A DNA stretch of 64,000 bases from contig CBDBBV010000002.1 of NCBI GenBank assembly GCA_965203265.1, positions 129,617 to 193,616 of the forward strand, written 5' to 3'. This DNA is from Candidatus Poriferihabitaceae bacterium. Its GTDB lineage: Bacteria > Pseudomonadota > Gammaproteobacteria > Arenicellales > Poriferihabitantaceae. The number at the start of each line of letters is the position of its first letter. Position 1 is the first letter of the stretch. The translations under genes and the position numbers were made by a program. The notes under the pieces were generated by a model. It was not told the origin of the DNA. It saw only the letters and a program-made list of their open reading frames with translations, and did not search any database. Below, piece after piece: positions 33,326 through 42,093 of this stretch.

Positions 33326-35479
33326 TCAAACCGGCTCCAGATTGGCATATGCGCACACCAGCCACTTCGGCCCCACCTCGGCAAAATTGACCTGAATGCG
33401 GGCGTGTTCCCCCCGTCCCTCGAGCTCGACCACCATGCCCTCGCCGAATTTCCTGTGGCGCACCTGCCGTCCCGGTGCAAGCCCGTTGAAGGCACGGTCG
33501 CTGGGCGCCGCCGGGCGAATCAGTGGGCGGGTTATCTGAGCCGAACGAATTTCCTCGATGTGGCGGGACGGGATTTCGCCCAGAAAGCGAGACGGCTGGG
33601 CATAGTGCTCGCGCCCGTGCAGACGCCGGATTTCCGCGTAGCAGATGATCAATTGCCGCATCGCCCGCGTCATGCCGACATAGCACAGGCGGCGTTCCTC
33701 CTCCAACCGACCGGGTTCCTCCAATGAGCGTTGGTGGGGGAAGAGTCCCTCCTCCATGCCGCACAGGAAAACCAGCGGAAATTCCAGCCCCTTGGCGGAA
33801 TGCAGGCTCATCAACTGCACACAATCCTCCCATTCCTCGGCCTGACCTTCTCCGGCTTCGAGCGCCGCGTTGGCGAGGAACAGCGACAGCGCATCCAGAT
33901 CCTCCTCTTCATCCGGAGTGAAATTTCTCGCGGCATTGACCAATTCCTCGAGATTTTCGACCCGTCCCTGCGCGCGCTCACTGCGATCGTTCTTGTGGTG
34001 TTCGAGCAGGCCGCTGTGCCGCAGCGCATAGTCGGTCGCCTCCCCCAGTTGCAGATTGGCGGTGGCCTCGGCCATGCCGTCGATGAGGCGCAAAAAGCGG
34101 TGTACCGCGCCCGCGGCGCGCGGCGACAGTTCATCTCCGGCGATGATTTCGCCGGCGGACTGCCACATCGAAATCCGGTTTTGCCGCGCTCGGCGGCGAA
34201 TCTGCTCGAGAGTTTTCGCACCGATTCCGCGAACCGGCAGATTGACGACGCGCTCGAAGGCCGGATCCGAGTCGCGACTGGAGATGAGCCGCAGATACGC
34301 CAGCGCGTCCTTGATTTCGGCACGCTCGAAGAAGCGCAGGCCGCCGTACACCCGATAGGGCATGCCGGCGGACAGCAATTCCTCTTCGAATGCCCGCGAC
34401 TGCGCGTTGGAGCGGTACAGCAGGGCGACGCTGTCGCGCCGGTTGCCCTGCGCCACCCATTGTTCGATGTGCCCCACCACAAAGCGCGCTTCGTCGATTT
34501 CGTTGCTGGCCGCATACAGCCGGATTGGTTCGCCGACCGGCGCCTCGGTCCACAACTCCTTGCCCAGACGGCTGGCGTTGTTGGCGATGAGGCCGTTCGC
34601 GGCGCTCAGAATGTTGCCGCTGGAGCGGTAATTTTGCTCCAAACGGATCACCGTGGCGCCGGGGAAATCCTTCTCGAAGCGCAGCAGATTTTCCACCCGC
34701 GCCCCGCGCCAGCCGTAGATGGATTGGTCGTCGTCGCCCACGGCGAACAGCTGGCCGTGAGCCTCGCTCAGCAGGCGCAGCCAGCGGTATTGAATGGTGT
34801 TGGTGTCCTGAAATTCGTCCACCAGCACGTGCTGGAAACGCTGCTGATAGGTTTCGCGAACCTGTTGGTTGTGGCGGAACAACTCCAGCGCGCGCAACAG
34901 AATCTCGGCAAAATCCACCAGCCCGAAACGCCCGCACAGTTCCTCGTAGGCGCGGTAGATGCGAAGCAGAGATTGCTGCTGATCGTCGTCGCCCGCCGGC
35001 GGCAGATCCTGGGAGCGGCGCGCCTCTTCCTTGTGGGTGTTGATCATCCATTGCACCTGTCTGGGCGGCCACTGAGCCTCATCCAGATTCAGTTCCCGCA
35101 GGACTCGGCGAATCAGCCGATACTGGTCGTCGCTGTCGATGATTTGAAAATCCTGCGGCAGCCCGGCTGCTTGGAAGTGCAGCCGCAGCAGTCGATGACA
35201 CAGGCCGTGAAAAGTGCCCATCCACATGCCCCCGGCGGGCGCGCCCAGCAACTGCGCGATGCGCCCGCGCATTTCGCGGGAAGCCTTGTTGGTGAAGGTG
35301 ACCGCGAGGATCGACAGCGGCGAAATCCGCTGCGCCTGCACCAGCCACGCCACCCGATGGGTGAGCACCCGAGTCTTGCCGCTGCCGGCGCCGGCCAGCA
35401 CCAGCAACGCCCCCGCGGGCGCCGCCACGGCTTGCCGCTGGGCTTCGTTCAGGGGGTCGAGAATCGGCGAAACATCCAT
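33326..35479 (-). CDS. uvrD: DNA helicase II (UvrD)
   Basis: LNEAQRQAV, Walker A AGAGSGKTRVL, and SF1 motifs. The C-terminus (KFGEGMVVELEGRGEHARIQVNFAEVGPKWLVCAYANLEPV) parallels the E. coli UvrD C-terminus. Start set at MDVSPILDP; the rest of ORF 33326..36688 is antisense read-through. Confidence 0.93.
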   Translation of the reverse strand: MDVSPILDPLNEAQRQAVAAPAGALLVLAGAGSGKTRVLTHRVAWLVQAQRISPLSILAVTFTNKASREMRGRIAQLLGAPAGGMWMGTFHGLCHRLLRLHFQAAGLPQDFQIIDSDDQYRLIRRVLRELNLDEAQWPPRQVQWMINTHKEEARRSQDLPPAGDDDQQQSLLRIYRAYEELCGRFGLVDFAEILLRALELFRHNQQVRETYQQRFQHVLVDEFQDTNTIQYRWLRLLSEAHGQLFAVGDDDQSIYGWRGARVENLLRFEKDFPGATVIRLEQNYRSSGNILSAANGLIANNASRLGKELWTEAPVGEPIRLYAASNEIDEARFVVGHIEQWVAQGNRRDSVALLYRSNAQSRAFEEELLSAGMPYRVYGGLRFFERAEIKDALAYLRLISSRDSDPAFERVVNLPVRGIGAKTLEQIRRRARQNRISMWQSAGEIIAGDELSPRAAGAVHRFLRLIDGMAEATANLQLGEATDYALRHSGLLEHHKNDRSERAQGRVENLEELVNAARNFTPDEEEDLDALSLFLANAALEAGEGQAEEWEDCVQLMSLHSAKGLEFPLVFLCGMEEGLFPHQRSLEEPGRLEEERRLCYVGMTRAMRQLIICYAEIRRLHGREHYAQPSRFLGEIPSRHIEEIRSAQITRPLIRPAAPSDRAFNGLAPGRQVRHRKFGEGMVVELEGRGEHARIQVNFAEVGPKWLVCAYANLEPV

Positions 35480-35659
35480 GCGGGGGATTGTAACCCGTAA
35501 GCGGAATCGGTGGCCGGCACAGTCCCCGCGCGTCCGCTCCCGGCCGGCTCGGCCGATCGCCGGGGACTGTTGCATAGCCGGCGTAACCGGGTATGATTGC
35601 GGCAGCCGGCCGAACGAGACGGCGGCGTATTTCCGCAAACCCGACAGCAGGTATCGACG

Positions 35660-37057
35660 ATGAACAACGGAGCAATCCCCCCCATCGACAGCGGCGAAAT
35701 CGTCAGCGACGACCGCGCCCATGTATGGCATCACCTCAGCCAGCACAAGCCGCTGAAAAACGCCGACCCCATGGTCATCGTCGAAGGCGAAGGGCTGCGG
35801 ATTCGGGACATAAACGGCAAGACCTATCTGGACGCGGTGTCCGGCGGGGTGTGGACCGTCAACGTGGGGTATGGCCGCGAGCGCATCGCCCGAGCGGTGC
35901 ACGACCAACTGGTCAAAATGTGCTATTTCGCCAATTCCGCCGGCAACGTTCCGGGGGCGATCTTCGCCAAGGAACTGGTCGCGAAGATGCCGAGCCTCAG
36001 CCGGGTGTACTACTCCAATTCCGGCTCCGAGGCCAACGAGAAGGGCTACAAACTGGTGCGCCAGCTGGCGGAACTGAAGAACAACGGGCAAAAACACAAG
36101 ATCGTCTACCGCGACCGCGATTACCACGGCACCACCATTACCGCGCTGAGCTCCTGCGGGCAATTCCAGCGCAAGGCGCAGTACGGGCCGTTCACCCCGG
36201 GATTCGTCGAAATCCCCCACTGCCTCGCCTACCACGCGCCCAACGGCGATGATCCGGATTTCGGCGTGCAGGCCGCGCGGGAACTGGAGAAGGCGATCCT
36301 GCGCGAGGGGCCGGACACGGTCGGATCGGTGGTGCTCGAGCCGATCACCGCCGGCGGCGGCGTCATCATCCCGCCGCCGGGCTACTTTGAAACCATCGAG
36401 GAAATCTGCCGCAAATACGGGGTGCTGCTGCACATCGACGAAGTGGTTTGCGGCCTCGGGCGAACCGGCAAGTGGTTCGGCTACCAACACTTCGGCATCC
36501 AGCCGGACATCGTCACCATGGCCAAGGGCATCGCCAGCGGCTATGCCGCCATCGCCGTTACCGTCACCAGCGAAGACCTGTTCGGCGAATTTCTCGCCGA
36601 CTCCGACGAAAAACTGCGCTATTTCCGCGACATCAGCACCTTCGGCGGCTGTACCGCCGGGCCGGCGGCGGCGCTCGAGAACCTGCACATCATCGAGGAG
36701 GAAAACCTGCTCGCCAATGCGGCGGCGATGGGCGACTACCTCATGGAATGCCTACTGGAATTGCAGGAAAAACACGCCATCATCGGCGATGTACGCGGCG
36801 GCAAGGGCTTGTTCGCCGGCGCCGAACTGGTCGCGGATCGCGCCACCCGCGAACCGGTGGACGAATCCGTCGCCATCGCCGTGGTGGCCGATTGCCTGAA
36901 ACAGGGCGTAATGATCGGACGAACCAACCGCAGCTTCCCCCAACACAACAACACCCTGTGCCTGAGCCCGGCACTCATCTGCAACCGAGACGACATCGAC
37001 GAAATCATCGCCGCTATGGACGGCGCTCTGAGCCGTACTGGCCGCGCCGCGCACTGA
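35660..37057 (+). CDS. class-III (omega) aminotransferase, PLP-dependent
   Basis: HVWHHLSQH, DAVSGGVWTVNVGYGR, HIDEVVCGLGRTGKWFG and MAKGIASGY (PLP-lysine region) are typical of omega-amino acid:pyruvate aminotransferases. Substrate not inferable. Confidence 0.85.
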   Translation: MNNGAIPPIDSGEIVSDDRAHVWHHLSQHKPLKNADPMVIVEGEGLRIRDINGKTYLDAVSGGVWTVNVGYGRERIARAVHDQLVKMCYFANSAGNVPGAIFAKELVAKMPSLSRVYYSNSGSEANEKGYKLVRQLAELKNNGQKHKIVYRDRDYHGTTITALSSCGQFQRKAQYGPFTPGFVEIPHCLAYHAPNGDDPDFGVQAARELEKAILREGPDTVGSVVLEPITAGGGVIIPPPGYFETIEEICRKYGVLLHIDEVVCGLGRTGKWFGYQHFGIQPDIVTMAKGIASGYAAIAVTVTSEDLFGEFLADSDEKLRYFRDISTFGGCTAGPAAALENLHIIEEENLLANAAAMGDYLMECLLELQEKHAIIGDVRGGKGLFAGAELVADRATREPVDESVAIAVVADCLKQGVMIGRTNRSFPQHNNTLCLSPALICNRDDIDEIIAAMDGALSRTGRAAH

Positions 37058-37077
37058 TTTATCGGTAGGATTGAAAG

Positions 37078-37154
37078 TGGTGGCTACGCCCTGGCTTGAA
37101 CAGGGGACCTCACCATTATGAGTGGTGCGCTCTAACCGACTGAGCTACGTAGCC
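37078..37154 (-). tRNA. tRNA-Met, elongator type (anticodon CAT)
   Basis: Reverse complement reads GGCTACGTAGCTCAGTCGGTTAGAGCGCACCACTCATAATGGTGAGGTCCCCTGTTCAAGCCAGGGCGTAGCCACCA, near-identical in its 5' half to E. coli elongator tRNA-Met. A lysidine-modified tRNA-Ile2 cannot be excluded from sequence alone. Confidence 0.9.
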
Positions 37155-37434
37155 ACGGGGGAATGGCGAAGGGTAGCGCAATTTCAATGCCGGCGCAATA
37201 GCATATGGGCTTGTTTCGGATCTGGACTGAAGTCATGATCAGGTTGGGTGAATCGGAGTTATACGGACCTCGTCAATCTGACGAAATTCATGGGGTAGCC
37301 GTGCTGTCTATCCGATTGCCTGGTCAGCGCCTAGTCTGAATACTATGTAGCAAGCGAAATTTTCTATTCGCCGGTAGCGTGTTGGCTATCTCTATGGGAA
37401 ATATTACGTGAAACCATTTATGTGAAATACAAAC

Positions 37435-40400
37435 ATGTCAAAGATCGATATGAGTAAAAAAGGCTGGTCCAAGTGGATCGCGCAACAGTTGGAAGAACAC
37501 AAGAAAGTGTATAAATATAGCCCTGAGCGTCTAATCGCGGAGTACCGGCGCGAGAAAGCTTCTATGCACGACTACCAAGGACGGGAACTATTAGAATTGC
37601 TTCAGAATGCAAATGATGCGGCTGCCGCAGACAATAAGAAATGCCGAGTGAAAATTAGGTTATGTGATGTTGGTATAGCCGTGGGGAATACTGGACAGCC
37701 ATTCTCAAAGGATGGAATTAAAAGCCTGATGATCAGCGATCTAAGTCCGAAAAGTCATTCTCCAAACTTAATTGGCGATAAGGGCTTAGGATTGCGTGCT
37801 CTCCTGAATTGGTGTAGTTATCCTATAATAATTAGCGGAAATCTCTCCTTGACTTACTCTAAAGAGTACACAGAAGAATGGTTGTATTCACTTTGTGACA
37901 AAGAACCGGATATTTCAAAAGCTGTAAATAAAGAAAAGAATCAAACTCATGAGCTACCTGTTCCAAAATTGCTAGTGCCAATCGTAGATCGTGAAGTATT
38001 TGAGGATCGCAGTGAAATTTCTGATAAATCTCGTTGTTTGATTCGCGTAGCCGATGAAATGCATAGAGATGGATTAGATACAGTTGTTGCGGCTACATTC
38101 GATAATCAGGATCAATTCAGCGCGGCTGCCGAACAAATCGAAAATCTTCGAAGTGAAATCCTGCTTTTGGTAAAAAACATAGAATCTATAGAGATTTTCG
38201 CCAATGATACAAAATCAATCTGTAAGTTGGATGTTATCGATCAAAAATCAGAAAATTTCGATTATGTAATCTTACGAAAAAGAAATGGAGAAAAATTATC
38301 AGGTTGGAAACGGTGGAAACTTTCCGGAAGTATCCCAAAGGAAGATTGTGATAAAGATAATCCTTCCAATTCGAAATATGAGGTAGTCGTAGCAGTACCC
38401 GATGATCCAAATAATGCGCCTAGTGCTTTATTTACTTATTTTCCAACAAAAATTAATCTCAATTATTCTGCGTTATGTCATGCAACATTGGATCTTACTT
38501 CCAATCGAGATGGTGTGCGGGAGAACAATATCAATAAATATGTTCTTTCTAAGTTGGCAACACTTTTGGCAAAAATTTCGGAATACATATGCAGTAAAGA
38601 CGATCCCTGGGCAGCATGCAATCTTTTGCTATTACAAAAACAACATGACGAAACTCTAAAAAGTCTTGGTTTTTATGAAAACTTAATCAAAAACGCAAAA
38701 AATCGAAAGATTGTCCCTGTGGTTTCTGGTGAATTCAAACGTTCATCCGATGTTCGCCGATTGCCTTGGGATTATGGTGATTGGCTTCCACAAATAGGAT
38801 TTGGGAACTTTGCTTTATCTACTACTGGCTCCTGGACAAATAAGTATCAGTTTCTAGAGGCGTTGAATATACCTTTTTGTGATATATGCGATTTCATAGA
38901 AATTCTCCGAGGCATATCTACAGAATTGAATATTAATGAACGGACAAATCTGATCTCAGGACTTGCTGAGAATTATAATTTTAAACCAGAAACCCCATTT
39001 GTACCATTATGGATCAATGCCCAAGGAAATTTGATCAAGGAAGGCGATCCAATATTTATACCCCCAGCATCAGGTGAGTTACCGGAATTTCCAGTTTGGG
39101 CGAATGTGGAGTGGTTAAATCCGAAGTTTCTAGATTGCCTCAAGAGAAAATTAGAAACGAAAGATAACCGCCAGCTGTCTTCCAAAATACAAAGAATTGG
39201 CGAAATACACGAATTTAATCGGCGGGAAGTTGCTCAGTCTTTGACTAAAATTGCCAACAGGTATATTGAGGAGCATAAGGATTTAGAAGAACAAATCAGG
39301 CTTGAGCTTCTACATACTTTATGGAAAATTTTTAATATCAGGCACGATAAATCGGATCGCAGGCTTCTCGATAATTTACAGATATATGTCCGCACCAATC
39401 AAGGTAAATTCAAGCCAGCAAATTGTGTCTACTTTTCGAAAAATTACAACGATGATGGGGAAGTAGTTGAACGACTTTACAGTGGCTCACAACATGCCTT
39501 TATCCTTGGCAATCAAGAGAGCATGGGCCTAAATCCCGAGAATGATCATATACAGTTTTTCAAATGGCTAGGAGTGCAGAATTGGCCGAGGCTACTGCCC
39601 GTAAAAGAACCAAGCCAAGATTATATTGATCAAGAATTAAATGATCTGAACAATCCCGTTCGATTCGATGATGCTAATGAAGTATATGAAAAGGCGGATA
39701 TTTCCCGTGTATCGATAAAAGGTCTCCAGGTTTTTCATGATCTTGAACATATCGTTGAGAATGCGCCATTCGAGGCTATATTGACTTGGTTGGCAAAGGA
39801 TGGTCGTGCTTCTGAAATGATCAATAATGATAAATGCAATGGGACTCTCACAGGGTTTCCTCCTCGTAAATCAAAATCTCGCAAGTTACAAAAAGATTTT
39901 CGCAACTATTCAAAGTGGATTTTTTCGAATACCTCTTGGGTGCCGACAAAATCGGGCAAAAAGAAACGTCTCGTCTATTGTTCTCTCATAAGTGAAAATA
40001 CTAACTTACCAAGCAAATTTCTATCTCCAATTTCTTTCTCGGAAAAGATCAATAAATTTTTTCGTTGTCATGAAGTGGAAAAAAGAAAAGTGTTGAGAGT
40101 TTTGGAAGATTTAGGGGTACCGTCGTGCATCGATGATTTAGATTGGGTCGCTTATTATAATATAATAAGTTCTCTGCCAAAAGTGGATCCAAATGGTGAA
40201 AAAGCGAAATTTCTGTACAATCTATTTCTTCAGAGAAAAGATATTTCTGTGCCAGATGAGATTAGATATGATTTTATCAGTAATAAAAAAATGTGGGGAA
40301 TTAAGAATGAAACGGGGCAGTATTTCTCTATCGGAGAATTATATTATCTGGATATAGATCATCTATCTGATGATATAAAACGACAAATACCACTTGTTGC

Positions 40401-41673
40401 AATAGATAGAAAAAGGGGAGGAAAAAAAGTTTCTAGATTATTCGGTATAAAGACAATCAAGTTAAATGATCTGTGTTTGAAAATTGAAAAATCTAATTCA
40501 TCCGATATTGAAAAAAGATTTAATGAGGAATTCTCAAAGGCGTTACCCTATCTTTACTCACTTCGCGTTGATGGGGATTTTAATTGTCGTATGGCCAGAA
40601 AACTTAGTTCTCTAAAGATAAGATTTTGTAGCTCGCTCAGAGTAACAGGACGGATAGGTAATCAGAGCGTAGTTGCAGAGATTAGCCCTGGAAGCTGGCA
40701 CCATGAAAAAGAAGAGTATTTTCTCAAATCATCCGAAAAATCGAAGCCCTCTGTTCTGAAAGATATGAAGATCGTCCGAGCTGTTAGTGAAATAGTTTGT
40801 AATATTTTACCTAGGGAAGATGAACCAAAGTGTCAGATGATTTTGTGCTGTACAAAAGAGGAGAAAAAAGATGTTCTAGAAGGCTATATTGGATCGGACT
40901 GGCGTGCGTATGTAGAGGCAGCGAAGAAAAACCTGAATTTAAGAATTGATGAAGATACTTCTCTTTTATATTGTGATTTTGATGAAAATGAGGATAGCGT
41001 TAAGGAAAATAAAACAGAAAGAATTTCTAGTGGTACATTGGATAGTAGCGAGAAAAATAGGCCGAGTGATGATGTTGATGATTTAGTATATTCACCAAAT
41101 GATATAACGAAAGTATCAAGTATTCCAAAAGATTATGTTGCGCTACCCAGCCCTCAAAGAATTTCTATTCGAATTACAAAGAAAAAAAGAAATAGCAAAA
41201 AAGGCACTGTAACTCGCTATCGAATCGCGGATGGAAACAGATGCGAACAGATTTGTGTGGCTTTTGAAAAATCTGATGGACAAAATCGGCTACCCATCCG
41301 AGTTGATCATATCCAAGGATACGATGGGCCGAAATGCGATATTCTGAGTTTTGAGGATCGGGAAAAACTTGAAGAATTCACGAAAACACTTGATTATAAG
41401 TTAGTTGACCGATTTATTGAGGTCAAAGGGAAAACAGATTATGCAGCGAAGATTGATCTAGGTAATTATCAATTAGATGCGGCGCAAGAGTATGATGATC
41501 GATATTGGCTATATCGTGTTTATGAATATCCAGATGGCAGAATCGACTTGATCGCCTTGAATAATCCGATCGAGGATGAAAACGCACGAACTTGGTGGGT
41601 TAAAATTGATCCGCTTCGCGCGTCAGAAGCTGATCAATACGAAATTGAAATCCTGCCCGCAGAAAATGCCTGA
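37435..41673 (+). CDS. 1412-aa multidomain protein: N-terminal sacsin/NOV-like GHKL (Bergerat-fold) ATPase + long unassigned middle + C-terminal DUF3883-type PD-(D/E)xK nuclease-like domain
   Basis: N-box E54-LLQ-N58-AN-D61-A (ExxxNxxD), G1-like VGNTGQPFS, G2-like IGDKGLGLRALLNW, and the sacsin-repeat hallmark LFTYFPTKINLNYSALCHATLDLTSNRDGV. C-terminus has GNRCEQICVAFEK..., GYDGPKCDILSF (D1302) and RFIEVKGK (E1329, K1331), then YWLYRVY, matching my memory of DUF3883. No Walker A or helicase motif seen. Confidence 0.8.
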   Translation: MSKIDMSKKGWSKWIAQQLEEHKKVYKYSPERLIAEYRREKASMHDYQGRELLELLQNANDAAAADNKKCRVKIRLCDVGIAVGNTGQPFSKDGIKSLMISDLSPKSHSPNLIGDKGLGLRALLNWCSYPIIISGNLSLTYSKEYTEEWLYSLCDKEPDISKAVNKEKNQTHELPVPKLLVPIVDREVFEDRSEISDKSRCLIRVADEMHRDGLDTVVAATFDNQDQFSAAAEQIENLRSEILLLVKNIESIEIFANDTKSICKLDVIDQKSENFDYVILRKRNGEKLSGWKRWKLSGSIPKEDCDKDNPSNSKYEVVVAVPDDPNNAPSALFTYFPTKINLNYSALCHATLDLTSNRDGVRENNINKYVLSKLATLLAKISEYICSKDDPWAACNLLLLQKQHDETLKSLGFYENLIKNAKNRKIVPVVSGEFKRSSDVRRLPWDYGDWLPQIGFGNFALSTTGSWTNKYQFLEALNIPFCDICDFIEILRGISTELNINERTNLISGLAENYNFKPETPFVPLWINAQGNLIKEGDPIFIPPASGELPEFPVWANVEWLNPKFLDCLKRKLETKDNRQLSSKIQRIGEIHEFNRREVAQSLTKIANRYIEEHKDLEEQIRLELLHTLWKIFNIRHDKSDRRLLDNLQIYVRTNQGKFKPANCVYFSKNYNDDGEVVERLYSGSQHAFILGNQESMGLNPENDHIQFFKWLGVQNWPRLLPVKEPSQDYIDQELNDLNNPVRFDDANEVYEKADISRVSIKGLQVFHDLEHIVENAPFEAILTWLAKDGRASEMINNDKCNGTLTGFPPRKSKSRKLQKDFRNYSKWIFSNTSWVPTKSGKKKRLVYCSLISENTNLPSKFLSPISFSEKINKFFRCHEVEKRKVLRVLEDLGVPSCIDDLDWVAYYNIISSLPKVDPNGEKAKFLYNLFLQRKDISVPDEIRYDFISNKKMWGIKNETGQYFSIGELYYLDIDHLSDDIKRQIPLVAIDRKRGGKKVSRLFGIKTIKLNDLCLKIEKSNSSDIEKRFNEEFSKALPYLYSLRVDGDFNCRMARKLSSLKIRFCSSLRVTGRIGNQSVVAEISPGSWHHEKEEYFLKSSEKSKPSVLKDMKIVRAVSEIVCNILPREDEPKCQMILCCTKEEKKDVLEGYIGSDWRAYVEAAKKNLNLRIDEDTSLLYCDFDENEDSVKENKTERISSGTLDSSEKNRPSDDVDDLVYSPNDITKVSSIPKDYVALPSPQRISIRITKKKRNSKKGTVTRYRIADGNRCEQICVAFEKSDGQNRLPIRVDHIQGYDGPKCDILSFEDREKLEEFTKTLDYKLVDRFIEVKGKTDYAAKIDLGNYQLDAAQEYDDRYWLYRVYEYPDGRIDLIALNNPIEDENARTWWVKIDPLRASEADQYEIEILPAENA

Positions 41674-41810
41674 TAGGCAGAATTTGATAGTATCATTACT
41701 GGAAGAATTACACTTGACACGCGGGCATGGGATATTTCAAGGCAGTTTGATATGTTCACTCCTCACGAAACTTCCGTGTTTATCCAATGCCCGATGCTGG
41801 AAAATAAAAT

Positions 41811-41869
41811 GGCCTTTGGGATCGGCCTCTCCACCCGAAAGAATTGGGAGAGGCTTACTGCCAAAGGCC
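41811..41869 (+). other. nested GC-rich stem-loop downstream of the islet gene
   Basis: Outer stem GGCCTTTGG (41811-41819) / CCAAAGGCC (41861-41869). Inner stem GCCTCTCC (41825-41832) / GGAGAGGC (41847-41854) with a 14-nt loop. No U-run follows, so it is not a canonical intrinsic terminator. Confidence 0.5.
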
Positions 41870-42093
41870 CTGATCGGTTGCCACTATACAAGACCGGATT
41901 TTCCGTTGTCAACAGTTTTTTTCGTCGTCAACGGTAATTGTGCTCTCGATTCGATGCGAAGTCCATCCGCTGATGAGCCGGCCCGACTCCCCCGCGTGAG
42001 AAGCCGCCCAGATTCCCGACCCCCCCGCCGCTCGGATGTTCCCGGGCCGGCCCATGATATAATCCCGCTCCCCCAACCGACCAAAAAACCGCA

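Larger units (their letters stand above)
37155..41940. other. AT-rich single-gene genomic islet (putative horizontal acquisition) between tRNA-Met and argG
   Basis: Sampled 60-nt lines inside give 30-48% G+C (38401: 18/60; 40021: 19/60; 37501: 29/60) against about 57% and above in flanking genes (42121: 34/60). Codons are A/T-ending, unlike the host. Edges are fuzzy (about 37200-37330 and 41700-41940). No integrase, transposase or clear terminal repeats. Confidence 0.8.

Noticed and set aside
33326-36688. Apparent 1120-aa minus-strand ORF that suggests a giant UvrD fusion.
   Set aside because: Only the last 718 codons (from ATG 35479, MDVSPILDP...) look like UvrD. The upstream 400 codons are the antisense of the divergent aminotransferase gene and carry no helicase or other motifs.
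37236-41880. Imperfect direct repeat flanking the AT-rich islet: TGATCAGGTTG (37236-37246) versus TGATCGGTTG (41871-41880).
   Set aside because: A 10-11-nt match with an indel between two ~300-nt flanks is within chance expectation. It does not overlap the tRNA. It is not accepted as an att site without empty-site comparison.
41752-41937. 61-codon ORF downstream of the giant islet gene, as a possible second component (e.g. antitoxin or immunity gene).
   Set aside because: It has no SD. It is spanned by the nested GC-rich hairpin, has no recognisable motif, and its composition is mixed. It is more likely non-coding 3' sequence.
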